A DNA stretch of 59,911 bases, the filler included, from Catajapyx aquilonaris (taxonomy: Eukaryota): the NCBI GenBank assembly GCA_000934665.2. It is 3 parts of 3 records of this genome, joined end to end, with 100 filler letters (N's around TTAATTAATTAA, not from the genome) between each part and the next. Parts side by side here need not be neighbours in the genome. Positions count along the whole stretch, not along the records: positions 1 to 19,887 come from KZ539524.1; positions 19,988 to 39,896 come from JYFJ02006368.1; 1 more part is not named here. The stretch is one strand, 5' to 3'. The notes beneath the pieces are model-generated. The model was not told the origin of the DNA. It made no database searches and worked only from the letters and a program-made list of their open reading frames with translations. Below, piece after piece: positions 13,464-26,200 of this stretch (positions are counted from its first letter, which is position 1; each line of letters begins with the position of its first letter). Made by a program: the position numbers and the translations under genes.

Positions 13464-14565
13464 CGAGGTGTGATCGAAAAGTTCCCGGACTGTGTTCATA
13501 AAAGCATTAATATTTATTTTAAGTCCTAATTTCCACTGCCACCTTCAAAGTAGTCACCTTGGGCACGTAAACAACAATTCCAGCTAATTTCCCATTTTTG
13601 GAAGCACCAAAAAAAATTGGGCAACATCAGTAGTGTGTTCAACACCTGCTGCGATTTTGCTTAGATCTCTTTAGTGGAGTCAAAATGCCTCCTTTTCTAC
13701 CCAAATTTCATTTTAGGGAAGAGGTAGAAATCACATGGTGCCAGGACAAACGAATATGCAGGGTGGGGAACAGTGGTCATGTTATTTTTTATCAGGAAGT
13801 CCCTGACTTACGCGTGAGGTGTGTGCAGGCGGCATTGTCATGGTGCAGCAACCAGTCTATGTTCTTCCACATCTCCGGCCATTTGAGCCTAAATCGTCTC
13901 AAACCATCCTAGCAATACTTGCCGTTGACAGTTTTACCAGGAGGGAGAAACTCCAAATGCGCAATTTATTATTCCTAAAATGTCAAATAAAATGACCAGC
14001 ATTGAGTTGATTTTGCTGCAAACTGGACGCGCCACCTTCGAAGCTGTTAACCCACTCATATGTTATTGCTTGTCTTACAACTTGCTCATCAAAAGCCTTG
14101 TTCAGCATTCGGTTGGTTGCATCCAAAGTTTTGTTGAGCTGGAAGCAAAATTTAATACAAATCTTTTGCTCCCTAACATCAGCCATTTCGAAAAATCGCA
14201 GAAGCACAAGACCAAGGTGTCAAGAAAACTGCCGAAACTCGGAAACATGTGCACCTATGAAAACGAAATTTTTCAGACTAAAGGCCCATTCACACAGGCC
14301 GTCGCGTCGACGGTTTTGGTTTTTGGTCTCGTCGACGCCGCGGACCAATCAGAACGGGCCCTCACGTAAACAACGTGTCATGGTTACCGTGAGGGCCCGC
14401 TCTGATTGGTCCAAAACCAAAACCAAAACCAAAACCGTCGACGGCCTGTGTGAATGGGCCTTAATAGATGAAAGGTGCACCTAGCGCCCCCTAACGTCAC
14501 AAGTTCGTACCTCCACTGGATTGCACGGTATATCGACAGTCCGGGAACTTTTTGATCACACCTCG
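13464..14565 (-). mobile_element. Defective mariner transposon nested in the Helitron
   Basis: TIR cgaggtgtgatcgaaaagttcccggactgt; HTH remnant [15 protein letters not shown]...YEWVNSFEGG; near-identical family copy at 24073-24979. Confidence 0.9.
14282..14461. mobile_element. PIF/Harbinger-type palindromic MITE nested in the mariner
   Basis: taa|aggcccattcacacaggccgtcg...cgacggcctgtgtgaatgggcct|taa; absent from the mariner copy at 24073-24979. Confidence 0.85.
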
Positions 14566-15757
14566 ATGGGGTCATTGGAGGACTCAAAGTCCACTACCAC
14601 GTCAAGGTGGAGATACCATGCACGACACTATTTTTCGCGTCTGTGAAATTTGAAAGTGATACCCATCCTCTGCATGCACACAGATAAGTGAATACTGAAG
14701 GGCGTCATATGATCTGTTGGTCTCGGAAATTCTCTGGAGACTGTTGTCGGAGACTTCAACGCAATATCCCACTTACCATGCTCCTGACCACTCATGATCA
14801 CAGCAATCTCATTGCAAGAAGGTTCATTGAATCGACCGATTGTGGTCGCTTGTCTGCATCGATGACCAAGTCAAATTCCAGAGAAGGAGGGCTCTCAAGT
14901 GCAAGTTTGAAGCTTTTGAAGTAAGTGTGAGTGGAATGGAATCAATGGATCATCTCCTGAAGTTGCAGTATGATGTCGATGCGTGTGCCGTTTAAGTAGG
15001 TGCAACGCGTCGGTGTCAAGCCAAAGGGGCGAATAGACCATTTCTGAGAAAATGGCGATTATCCATCCCCATGTGCATGTAGGTGAAGTGGAGTGTCATA
15101 TGCCAAAGAGGCGAAATCTTGCATAGAACACATCAACACGAGTTGACGAGACGAGCATCGGGCGAATATCGGGGGGGGGGGGGGGGATATCCAATCAGTG
15201 TTCCCATACGAATATTTTTATAATATTAGCATTGGTGATATCCTGTGTCATTGATTCCTTACCGGATTATCATCATATCATGTTGTACATACGGTACAGC
15301 TCAATTCAATTGCTCAGTGAGAGATGCTCTTGCAGAACCAGACGCAGAGGAAACATCGGATGAAGATATTTGAATTGTTCAATACCCACTGCCACAGTAG
15401 ACTAGTGTCGCTGTAATTGAAGCCTTTTTTGCAAAAACAACATATGTTAAATAATGTCACTTTTCAAGAGACACATAAAACATTCTCTGCTCTTCAAAAA
15501 AGGGCTTTCACAGAAATAAAAAATAGTGGCTTATATGTCACTGATGTGACATGACAATGTCTGCAATCAGTTATAGTGCTGGAAAAAATTCAAGGCGGAA
15601 ATTGACATATTATGCTGTTGTAAAATGTGGAATAATGACGCATAATTTTCCACTTATCTTTATAATTATTCTTAAAGGTTTATTATTCTAACTTTCAAAA
15701 AATTCACTCTATGATTTTTCTACACATCTTCACAGCCACTACTCTTATGATTTCTTC

Positions 15758-15819
15758 CGTCACACCCGTATACTCATCCATCACAGATATCTGTGATGGA
15801 TGAGTATACGGGTGTGACG
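15758..15819. repeat. 62-bp perfect spacerless palindrome
   Basis: cgtcacacccgtatactcatccatcacagat|atctgtgatggatgagtatacgggtgtgacg. Confidence 0.9.
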
Positions 15820-16447
15820 ACAGTCAGTAGGATGATGCAGTTACAAGTAGTCAAACAGCATTAACCAAGGAGTTAGCAACTCCCCAAAAAAGTGTACACC
15901 AGATCCTGGAACCGGAAGGTTCCACCCGGCTCCAGGCCGGTTTCACACGGTTCCAGGCCGGTTCCAAGCTGCATGGTTCCCCGCTGATTCCACCTGGTTC
16001 CTTGGCCAGTGTGTACAGCGGTTCCAGGGAGTTGCTAACCCCTTGGCATTATTATTAACAAAACATCATTGTAACCACGATTCTGACCCTCCCTGGCTGC
16101 TCCCTCATGGAAGACATAACATGGGACACCATAATGCTGTTCTTCTGTAAATACTATGCAGCTCAGAAACACTGATATCTGCTCATCGTGTGTAATGTGA
16201 ATTTTATTCTCAATTTTTTTCTCCCTTACAATATTGTCCTTTTGCATTGCTGTTGAACCATTATGAGCGCAAGGCTGGGAACTATGAGGTGGTGGACATG
16301 ACTCATTATCGAGCATTTTTGACATGTAAAACTTCTATAAGTCGAACTTCCCTAAGTCGAAGTTCTCTATAAGTCGAAGAAAATGATGAGCTTGGTTGGT
16401 CACAATCCCCCTATAATAATAGCCTTGTCTGGAACGCTCCAGATGTT

Positions 16448-16557
16448 GCTGCCTGAAGAAGTAGTGCCGTGACGAAAAAGGTGGCAGCACTCCCTTGGCG
16501 GCGGCCAAGGGAGTGCTGCCACCTTTTGGTCAGTACGGCACTAATTCTTCAGGCGGC
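16448..16557. repeat. ~110-bp imperfect hairpin, probable MITE remnant
   Basis: gctgcctgaagaa...aaaaggtggcagcactcccttggc / gccaagggagtgctgccacctttt...ttcttcaggcggc. Confidence 0.7.
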
Positions 16558-17109
16558 CACTTTCCCTTCCCGCCAAAAGTCCTAACCGCCACCTATTTCC
16601 TTTCCCGGCAATACAGGTCGGCCAACTGATTCAATCTGAGACTCAGAATATTCAGAAGCTGTCATATACGCTGCTACTTTCAGCCCCACTTTCTAACTAT
16701 GCCGCCATCTTGGATCCGGATCTAGCATCTTTTATGATTTTCAGCGGATAGCTTAGCTTAGAGTAAACCATTGCGACTTATTTGGCGGCGTAGCATGAAC
16801 CTCCCGGAGCAAGCAAACAAGATATCAGCGGTGGAATCAGCAGGGGATTGGAGGTTGGCAAAGCCACAATAACGTCCGTTGGCCTCCGCCGCCACAAGAG
16901 GGACAGTACCTGTAAATGTTGCGGATACGAAACCCACAATAATCGCCCAGCTCCGCTTCCTCTCCGCATTACCTAAAAATATCCTGCAGGGCGACGAACC
17001 CTGCCTGGCGGGGCCACAACAGATGACAGTGGAGATAATGGATACCCCGTGATAAGCCTCCTTCAGCTTTTAGGGGATCATCTTTTAATTGACCGACTTT
17101 AATCACTGC

Positions 17110-17295
17110 CTTTGCTGTGATGGATTTTGATTGTGAGAGGAAACGGGAGAACCCCCGAGAAAACCCACGCGAACACGGAGAGAACCCATCGAAACTATTT
17201 CCACATAAGCATATACTCTGTCCGATCCGGGGATCGAACTCGGGACCTTAGAGGTGAAAGGCTGCGGCGCTAACCACTCCACCACCGTGTCGCCC
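17110..17295 (-). mobile_element. tRNA-derived SINE
   Basis: Minus strand gggcgacacggtggtggagtggttagcg...gagttcgatcccc (A/B boxes) then gggttttctcgggggttctcccgtttcctc central domain. Confidence 0.7.
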
Positions 17296-17462
17296 AATAA
17301 CAGATGACAGTATCATAAAGCCATACAGCATTATTACATACACAAAGGGCAACTCCATTCCTCATGTTGCCCCGTCACTCAAATATGCCTGTATCAGCTA
17401 TTATCAGCTATTATTATTAGCCTTAATCATAGCCTGCTGGATCCGGATCCAAAAGTCTTATA

Positions 17463-18088
17463 CAGTAAAACATCTATAAGTCGAACTTCCCTTTGAAGTC
17501 GAAGATCTCTATAAGTCTAAGAAAATAGTTAGCTTGGTTGGTCACAATGTAAAATAATAGGAAATAAACTCCCCTAGCTTGAATTTCTACAACTCGAATT
17601 TCTCCATAACTCGAAGTGCAGGCACTGAAAAATTAATGCTGAAATGCTGAAAATGCATTGATATCCCATCGTAAGGCCCTTTACGATGGGATATCAATGC
17701 ATTTTCAGTCTCCCTAAGTCGAAGTTCATGTTGGCGAGTACGGAAAATTTTCTCATTTCCCAGCCGTACAAAAAGGCTCAATTTCCTGATCTCCACGTAC
17801 CGAAAGAAGTGTTTGACTCGATTGTGACAATTGAATCCTTGAATCTAAGAGTAGGCAAATGTCCATAACGGAGATTTCTTTACACCAAAACAACGAGGAA
17901 CAAGGTGGTCAAAACTCTCAACTAACAAAACTGTCACAGTTTTGTTAGTTGAGAGTTTTAAACACCTTTCGTCTCTGGATATAAAGATAGGCTTCCTTAT
18001 AGAGTTAGGTGCTTTAAAAATTCCAAACTTCTCTAACTCGAAGTTTTTTCCCGGTCCCATGGAGATTCGACTTATAGAAGTTTTACCG
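17463..18088. mobile_element. pogo/Tigger-like MITE
   Basis: ta|cagtaaaacatctataagtcgaa...ttcgacttatagaagttttaccg|ta; partial related end at ~16326-16410. Confidence 0.75.
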
Positions 18089-18275
18089 TATGTTGTTTTT
18101 GCAAAAAAAAAAAAAAAAAAAAAAAAAAAGGCTTCAATTACACTATGGAACACGATATTTGTCCTTGGAAATTTATTACTATTTCCATGTTATTTAGGTC
18201 GTTCGTAACTCATAATGAGTTATAATGACCATTCATTTTGTCTTAGATTTTGTTACATCAACATAAATATAGGCC

Positions 18276-18700
18276 TACATCAACTGAAAGAGAAACGCGA
18301 GTAGAATTCGCCTATGGAATTTGTTATTCTCGAATATACACTCAGAAAAACATGTGTGGCATTACATCAGTCACATCACATGTCCAAGAATTTGACTCCA
18401 ATAAAATATTAACGGTAATTCGGCAAACATATATATTATTTTCTCGCGAGCCAAACATGATCCAGGATTGAAACTGAACATATTAAATATTGTATGGGTC
18501 ACAACACTATACTCCTGTCACCAAATATGGCTGCACTTACGAAAATACATCACTAATATATTGTTGGGGTCTAAACACTTGAACATGTTACTGAGCATGT
18601 GACTGATGAAATGCCACACATATTTTTTCAGAGTGCATTTTCGAGAAAAGCAAATTCCATGGTCGCATTCTATACTCGCGTTTCTCTTTCATTTGATGTA
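18276..18700. mobile_element. Long-inverted-repeat MITE
   Basis: tacatcaactgaaagagaaacgcgagtagaat... mirrored by ...ctcgcgtttctctttcatttgatgta. Confidence 0.6.
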
Positions 18701-19678
18701 CAGTACCGGTTGATTGGATTTTGACCACTTCCTATAATCGAAAAAAATTATCCAAAAAAAGGCCCCATTTTCAAAATGTCGAGATTTTTTCCCTCCCCAC
18801 GGTATTTCGCAATTTGGCTGAAACTTGATACGGAGTGTTACGTCATAGGTGTGTACAGCTGTGATTAGTTTCAGGAAAATCCGAGATGGTCTAGCAACAT
18901 TAAGGCCCACTTGATTGGGAAAAACTGCTATATTTGAGGATTTTGGTTTTTTGACTGCCCCGAGGTCATAACAAATCAAAGACAAAATGAATGCCCATTA
19001 TGAGTTACTTGTGACTATTAAGGAACACGCACATGACGTTGAATTTCCATGGACAAAAAAAAGCAAATTTTGTTGCAGAGTGTTATTCAGAAATAAAGGT
19101 GAATAACTCCCTGTCAAGTTCCCATATTTTGATAAGGACAAAAGGTGAACATCCATTTGTTAATTTTTTCCTCATTATTGCAATGATGAGGCAAGTTATG
19201 TATATTGTATCAATGGAAGAGTGCCACCTTCACCTACATAGCGCCCACGTTTAAATTACATCAGAGTAAAATTAGATTTGTGGGGTCCATATGCACTCTT
19301 AAAATGGCCATCCTGTAAAGTTGTATCATAGGGCAATTCCATTTCACATCAGGCCAGATCCAGAAAAGTTGTCAGGGCTTGGTCTCCGATTATTGCGAAT
19401 AAATTACACGAAGTACCGCTGTCGAAATGAGGAAGAATGACACCAGTTGGCTATTTTTCAGAGTAATTTTTTATTTGCCCTGAAAAAAATCACAACCGCA
19501 GGGGTACAAATCTGCTATTTCTCGAAGTTCATTTTTTCTCAACTTTGGACACTTGTATATACCAATTTTCCCATAAGTTACACAAAAACCAAATTTGGAA
19601 TGAAGCAACTGCCTGCGTAGGTCTGAATTTTCAATATAAAATTTGCGATCATTGGGCAGAATATTAGTCGAGTTTCCT

Positions 19679-19790
19679 ACGTATGTGTCCGATGGTGCAC
19701 CCAGTCATTTTAAAAACAGATACCAAAAATATGAACTTGAGCAAAGTGAAATTCCTGAGAGGGAATGGGTCTTCACAGCTGCCGGGCATA
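19679..19790 (+). pseudogene. DDE transposase fragment (Sola2-like)
   Basis: YVSDGAPSHFKNR...WVFTAAGH resembles the SDGxxSQYKN...WxFFATSHGK pattern. Confidence 0.45.
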
Positions 19791-19887
19791 TTAGTCAAGA
19801 GGGTTCGCGACTGAAATTGGTCGAATCGTGCACTTTGTGATACCAGCATGCAACTTGGCACACACGTAGCTTATACTATTTAGAGTC

Positions 19888-19987
19888 NNNNNNNNNNNNN
19901 NNNNNNNNNNNNNNNNNNNNNNNNNNNNNNNTTAATTAATTAANNNNNNNNNNNNNNNNNNNNNNNNNNNNNNNNNNNNNNNNNNNN
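19888..19987. other. Artificial contig linker
   Basis: 44 N + TTAATTAATTAA (stops in all six frames) + 44 N. Confidence 0.95.
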
Positions 19988-20379
19988 GTGCCCGTCACAG
20001 CGAGAGGAAGAGGAGTCAAACTGGCGGGACGGACCTCGACCTGCTCCCAACTCGCTGGGAGGGGAAGGGTAGAGCGCGCTCTTAATTGCGCATAGATGCC
20101 AAAATAGGGTCTGCCAACTTTTCTGGTTTTGGCGGCCATGGCAACTACACGGCGAATCAAAGATGGCGGACCCTATTTTTGCCTGTACTCTATTATTGTA
20201 CCTCGTTGGCGCTGCCCACACTTCAAAATGGCCGCCAGCCTTATTGGCAACGCCCTAAACAGAGAGACGCGGAAATCGAATGTTTGCACCTCTTATGTAG
20301 TATATGCTCCCCTGGCATAACCCAGAAGATGAGTGCCAGAAAATAACGAGGGAATGATGATGATAATTATGTGCTTGTG

Positions 20380-20491
<112 letters not shown>

Positions 20492-20632
20492 GCTGGTGAT
20501 GGTAAATTCAAACCCAGGCATTTAATAACCGCAAAATTCATTATCATCGTACACTTGCAAAAATGTGAACTTGTTGCATTTTTTGGCCTCTTTAACGCTC
20601 TTTAAGGTGGAAATGAAGCTAGAGTCACTTAA

Positions 20633-21157
20633 CCTGTTGAGGGCCACGGAAGTCATATGATGTCCTACTGGTTTTTGAACTGGGAGCGTTAGAGTTTACA
20701 CAAAAATGGCGCAGTTTGAGGCTCAAACTGCTCCTACCACCTCGGGGAAGGGGGCTCAACCATCATGGCGTATGCTAATCAGTTTTCCCGCCTCCCAGTG
20801 GGAGCTAAGCATACCCCCTCCCGCCTGAAAGTTTTTGACAACATGCGATGACGTCTGGACTCATAGTAATTTCTCAAAGTACAGTGTTTTAGTAGTATTA
20901 TGTAACCACAGTAACAATTTTATAGTGACGTTAAAAATTTAAATAAATTTAATTACGTTTCAAGTTAATTGCACGTTAAAATTTTTTCTGGACCACCCTG
21001 TAGATGAATACTTTCGGCATTTTACAGTCAAAAGGACCACGAGTTGAAATGATAAATATTGGAGCATATTGTTTTTCATTAATATTACTCCTACTAGATT
21101 TTTTTTTTCATACAGAGACTAAAATAATGGCAAAAAAAAAACTCGGCCATCAAAGGG
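20633..21157. mobile_element. piggyBac-type MITE
   Basis: TTAA on both sides; imperfect TIR cctgttgagggcc / ggccatcaaaggg. Confidence 0.5.
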
Positions 21158-21963
21158 TTAATGAGAATTTTATGAAAAAAACATGTGTTACGCAGTTTTA
21201 TGTCCTCTTGTCAATGGTGCAAAGAAAAATACACGTCACCGTGCAAATTAGAGAACTGGAGGGCTCAGAAGTTCGCGATTTAACATGGGCCCTTATGGCA
21301 GAATTTTCAATAGTCCACAAAAAAATCATAAGTAAATGAGAATTTTAAAATTTAATGTGGAATATGTCGGGAATTATATACTGATCGCAACCGCAAAAAG
21401 AAAAACCTACCTCACCGTGCTCATTAAATTTGTATTGCTGAAAAACTATCCGAAAATGATCCAGTGACGTCACATTGCTCCACTCGAGTGAGGACGTGGC
21501 AACACAGCGTTGTTTACGGTAGCGAGATACGGTTGCATACGACCGCGAAATATGAGTGCAAGTTAGTATGATGGTTTTCACAATGGCTCACACAGGATTT
21601 TCGTTTGGCGGGGGTGTTTGTCAGACGTCAGAACCGTTATATTAGTTTACATAGTTATAATTATAATATAATAATCGAATGATTCGAATCCACCTGGCAA
21701 TGACGTCACATACTGCTACGCGATAATTGGCCCGGACCCTTGCTGCGTTGCCGCTTCTATCTGTCACACGCGTACCAACTGAACGTGTTCCAAATCCGAC
21801 ACAAATGAAGAGCTACAGGCTCCCCTTTCGGAACTAAACTTTTTAAAATGCCATGACAAATTGGGACCTCGTAATTACGACCGAATAAAATCGATTTCCA
21901 TCAAAAATAAAGAATATTAAGCACACCTCCAAATACCATGTTTAAGTTGGCAGTCGTGAAAAT

Positions 21964-22910
21964 TGCGCCTGCGCACAAAAACATCCAGCCGGTAATATGC
22001 CCTTATTAAATCGAGTTTAAAACGCAGATTCGAATGGAATGCATGGGATTGAACAGCATTTACTGCTGCATCGGTTGCGTATGTTTCCCTGATTTTAGCC
22101 CTTCTTGTTAACATTCCAATTCTAGACTCTCATTTGATTAGCAAGTCGCTTCATTTCCACCCGTTTCCACCTTAAGTACGGACCTTTGGTACGGACGTAG
22201 CATTTTGTTCCGCTGAAGGAGGGGTGAATCGATGGCATATTGGCAGGGGAGGAGCAGGCCTCGGGGCGAGATCCCTGCAGAATATGGATGCAAAAAGTGG
22301 GACTTCGCTGATGGGAGGGCGAGGTGTGGTCGGCGGCCCTGATGGCGTACAGCGGTGACCGCTTTTGGGCACTGTCAGTCTGTCACCCCCGCCCTCAGAC
22401 CCCTAGTTTGGCCGCAATTCATTCCCAGAGGTCATCACCCCGCAGTGACACTTTTTGCATCAATATATCTGCACCGGATCTCGCCCCGGGGCCTGCCCCA
22501 CCCCACCACCGATCCCCCTATCCCTCCGGGGGAACAATAATTCTGGTATGACGTATGACTACATCATCGAACGAACCATCGCTAATAGCCCAATAGCCAT
22601 AAAACGCCCCCTGGAATCACTGCCACAGATGATTATGCTTGGCAAACTCTTCTTCGAAAGTGGCGTTCGAAATGTTCGGAATTAGCCGTCTCGAAGAGCG
22701 AGAAAATTGAGAAATTAGGAAATTATTACCAATCATTAAGATGTTGGTGGGCACGCTCTTCATTTTATTCATTATCGCGGTCATAGTCGTAGCAGAAATC
22801 GCCATCCTGTGTGGTCGTGCGATGTTTCCCTTGCCTATATATCCTTTTTGAATCACACGCCTATGGACACCTGGCAACTCCCGGCCGGCATATGGGAACC
22901 CAAGATGGCG
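21964..22910. promoter_or_regulatory. CpG-rich promoter-like region upstream of AQR with NRF1-like (tgcgcctgcgca, 21964-21975) and YY1-like (caagatggcg, 22901-22910) motifs
   Basis: Motif match only; position 0.3-1.2 kb upstream of the AQR ATG. Confidence 0.35.
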
Positions 22911-23213
22911 TCTACCGCCTGGCCACACTGGGCTACTCAACGTGCTTCTTGCGTCGAGAGCGGTGATGTACTAACGTCGAGGGAGTTTACCTTTGCTTGA
23001 CATTTAGGCAGTAGTTGGAAGGGAGGTCCACTCTGCCTGGGTGTTGATATCACTTGTTGTCACTTTGGGGCATGTTTGTTTTTTCCTTTGTTTCATTCTT
23101 CGTCATGCCTCACTTACCGTCAAGTATGTTAGGGTGGGTCGCATGAAGTTGAACATAAGAGTTGATTAAAAGTTAGGTTAAATTGGGATTGGCTGGTGAC
23201 GTCATCTGTAGTG

Positions 23214-26200
23214 ATGAGTACGGAGCAGACCAAGTTTCTCCCCAAGGGGCCTGCGCCCACTGTGGAGCAGATAAATGCGGACAGGATTACCCAGGTATTT
23301 GCGGCAAACCTGAGCGTTAGACTTCAAACTTATCTGTGTTATGCTGTTGCAGCTTGCAAATCAATATTGGGTGCCATACACTGTTGCGGACCATCTGCCT
23401 TACAACGGATCTGTGATAGATGACATCTATTTGAAGGAAATTCGAGCATCAAAGTAATTGCAGCATGTTCAATGTAGATAGGTTGCATAAATTAGGGTAA
23501 TTAATGGATTGTACTGGTACTTGCAGCTTTGGGATTCGTCGAATCATGATGCTCGAATTTAGCCAGTATCTGGAGAGTTACCTGTGGCCAAATTATGATG
23601 CCGAGACTTCCTCACGGGAGCACATGATGAGCATTGTTGTGATGGTGAATGAGAAGTTTCGTGAGCGAGTTCCAGTGTGGGAAGTAAGTGCAGAGAATAT
23701 AATACAGTGGACTCTGGACATAACAGACTTGAAGGGACCGCAGAAGTCAGTCTGCTTTAACCCAGGTCTGTTATAGCCAAATACACAGGGCTTTATGGAA
23801 GTACAATTCACAGAATTCACAGAATTTTATTCACAGAATTCACATCAGTCTGAACCTTTTTGGATATCCATACGCCCGAAAGTAGTGCCCCCCCATGCCG
23901 GGGCCTACCGCTCCTCACAACAAAATGTGCAGTATGTGTAGCGCTGCAGCTACCGCATGGGCTGCCCATGATAATTAGGCATTCAAATTACATGTACCTG
24001 CACTGTTTTTTCGAGAAAGCCATAGATACCGGGGACTAATTTTGCAGCGGCTCACCCCCTTGGGCGTATGTACGAGGTGTGATCGAAAAGTTCCCGGACT
24101 GTGTTCATAAAAACATGAACATTTATTTTACGTCCTAATTTCCACTGCCACCTTCAAAGTAGTCACCTTGGGCACGTATACAACAATTCCAGCGAATTTC
24201 CCATTTTTGGAAGCACCAAAAAAAATTGGGCAACAGTAGTGTGTTCAACACCTGCTGCGATTTTGCTTAGATCTCATTAGTGGAGTCAAAATGCCTCCTT
24301 TTCTACCCAAATTTCATTTTAGGGAAGAGGTAGAAATCACATGGTGCCAGGACAAACGAATAGGCAGGGTGGGGAACAGTGGTCATGTTGTTTTTTGTCA
24401 GGAAGTCCCTGCCTACGCATGAGGTGTGTGCAGGCGGCATTGTCATGGTGCAGCAACCAGTCTCTGTTCTTCCATATCCCCGGCCAATTGAGCCTAAATC
24501 GTCTCAAACCATCGCAGTAAGACTTTCCGTTGACAGTTTTACTATGAGGGAGAAACTCCATATGCAAAATTCTTAAAATGTCAAAGCAAATGATCAGCAT
24601 TGAGTTGATTTTGCTGCAAACTTGATGCGCCACCTTCGAAGCTGTTAAACCACTCATATGTTATTGCTTGTCTTACAACTTGCTCATCAAAAGCCTTGTT
24701 CAGCATTCGGTTGGTTGCATCCGAAGTTTTGTTGAGCTGGAAGCAAAATTTAATACAAATCTTTTGCTCCCTAACATCAGCGATTTAGAAAAATCGCAGA
24801 AGCACGAGAACACGGTGTCACGAAAACTGCCGAAACTTGGAAACATGTGCACCTATGAAGACGAAATTTTTCAGACTTATAGCTGAAAGGTGCACCTAGC
24901 GCCCCCTAACGTCACAAGTTCGTACCTCCACTGGATTGCACGGTATATCGACAGTCCGGGAACTTTTTATCACACCTCGTATATCCAAAAGGTTCACTTT
25001 TATATGAATCAGAGAGTATGCCAGGACCAGCCTATCGAGTCTTCTAAAACCGAGGCTGTTATAGCCAGAGTCAAGTGTAATAAGAGTAATTTTTATTCCT
25101 GTGAGGTTAGAGTACCTCTTTAGGGGGCTCTCCAATTACAACAATAATAGTTTATCACATTTAAGAACATGGTTGTTATTTCAGTCATTCAAGAAGTGCC
25201 CACAACATTTTCGAGGCTTTTTCCATCGAGTCATGGAAGGTTGCCTAGACAACAATTCAGCATTAAGTGTCAAAGAACAGACACAGTTGCTTATCTTTTT
25301 GGATCACTGCGTCAATAGTATGGAGGTGGATCTGGTTCGGGAGCAAGTTCAGCGCTTGGTTTCACTTCCAATGTGGATGTGTGTGCAGGAGGTAAGTAAA
25401 TGTTCAGAAAGCTCATACAATAATAACCAAAAACCTTCATGTTTTATTCAGAAGGCACCTTCTTTCAAATGCTGGTCAGACCTCAAAAGGTTTTGTAAAT
25501 ACAAGGTCAAGGTTGAAAATCATGATAGAGAGACTATAAAGTGACATTTTCGCAGTAGAAAACATCCCTCCATTCCTAGAAACCCATTTGCATGCCAGCC
25601 ATTTCTTTCTAAATGATTATGGATTTTTACAGTAGCAGGTCAATAGTGCAATACCATAAGTGACTTAGAAAGGATGTCAGTTAACTGACCCTTCCTGGCA
25701 GTTTTTTCGCAAACCGTATTTAGAACGCTCTTGAGGCTCAACACTAAGCAGCTGCAAAGTCATATTTCTTGTAAATCAGTCAACTTTTGAATGAACATTA
25801 CAGGTATATTGGGAACAGTAACCATTGATTGTATGTGGCATCATTTGTATCATCACCAATTTTTTGCAGGGACGAAGAGAGCAAGAACTGAAACAGGTGC
25901 CCAAGTGGAGGAAGTTGTGGAAAGCCATACAGAAGAGGAATGCGAAAGAAGATCCGGAGGTGCTGGCAACACTGAAATTTGAACGATGTTTCTTGCAAAA
26001 TTTGATATTTCGATTCTTTACAATCACGGAAGCCATTTCTGAGAAAGGTATATTGCATGAAAGTTCTTATGTTTAATTGTAGATTTGATATATACTGATA
26101 TGACCATTTCCAGGTGATATTGCTCCCAATGTTGTACGCTACTGTGAGCGCTTCCTGGAACTCATGACTGACCTGGAGGCCCTACTTCCAACTCGACGTT

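Larger units (their letters stand above)
13087..15238 (-). mobile_element. Internally deleted Helitron with Rep-domain remnant (~14655-15000)
   Basis: Minus strand: 5' TC...ctaatattataaa, 3' hairpin cccgagcaacgacggg then CTAG, inserted between A and T; frameshifted translation IDADKRP..RFNEPSCNEIAVIM..LQRISETNRSYDALQY..EDGYHF matches Helitron RepHel. Confidence 0.8.

Noticed and set aside
17110..17295. Functional tRNA gene (also 5345-5622 and 39232-39310)
   Set aside because: tRNA-like heads continue into SINE bodies; no full cloverleaf
21900..23210. Bidirectional YIPF5/AQR promoter
   Set aside because: YIPF5 exon is on the other side of an artificial linker
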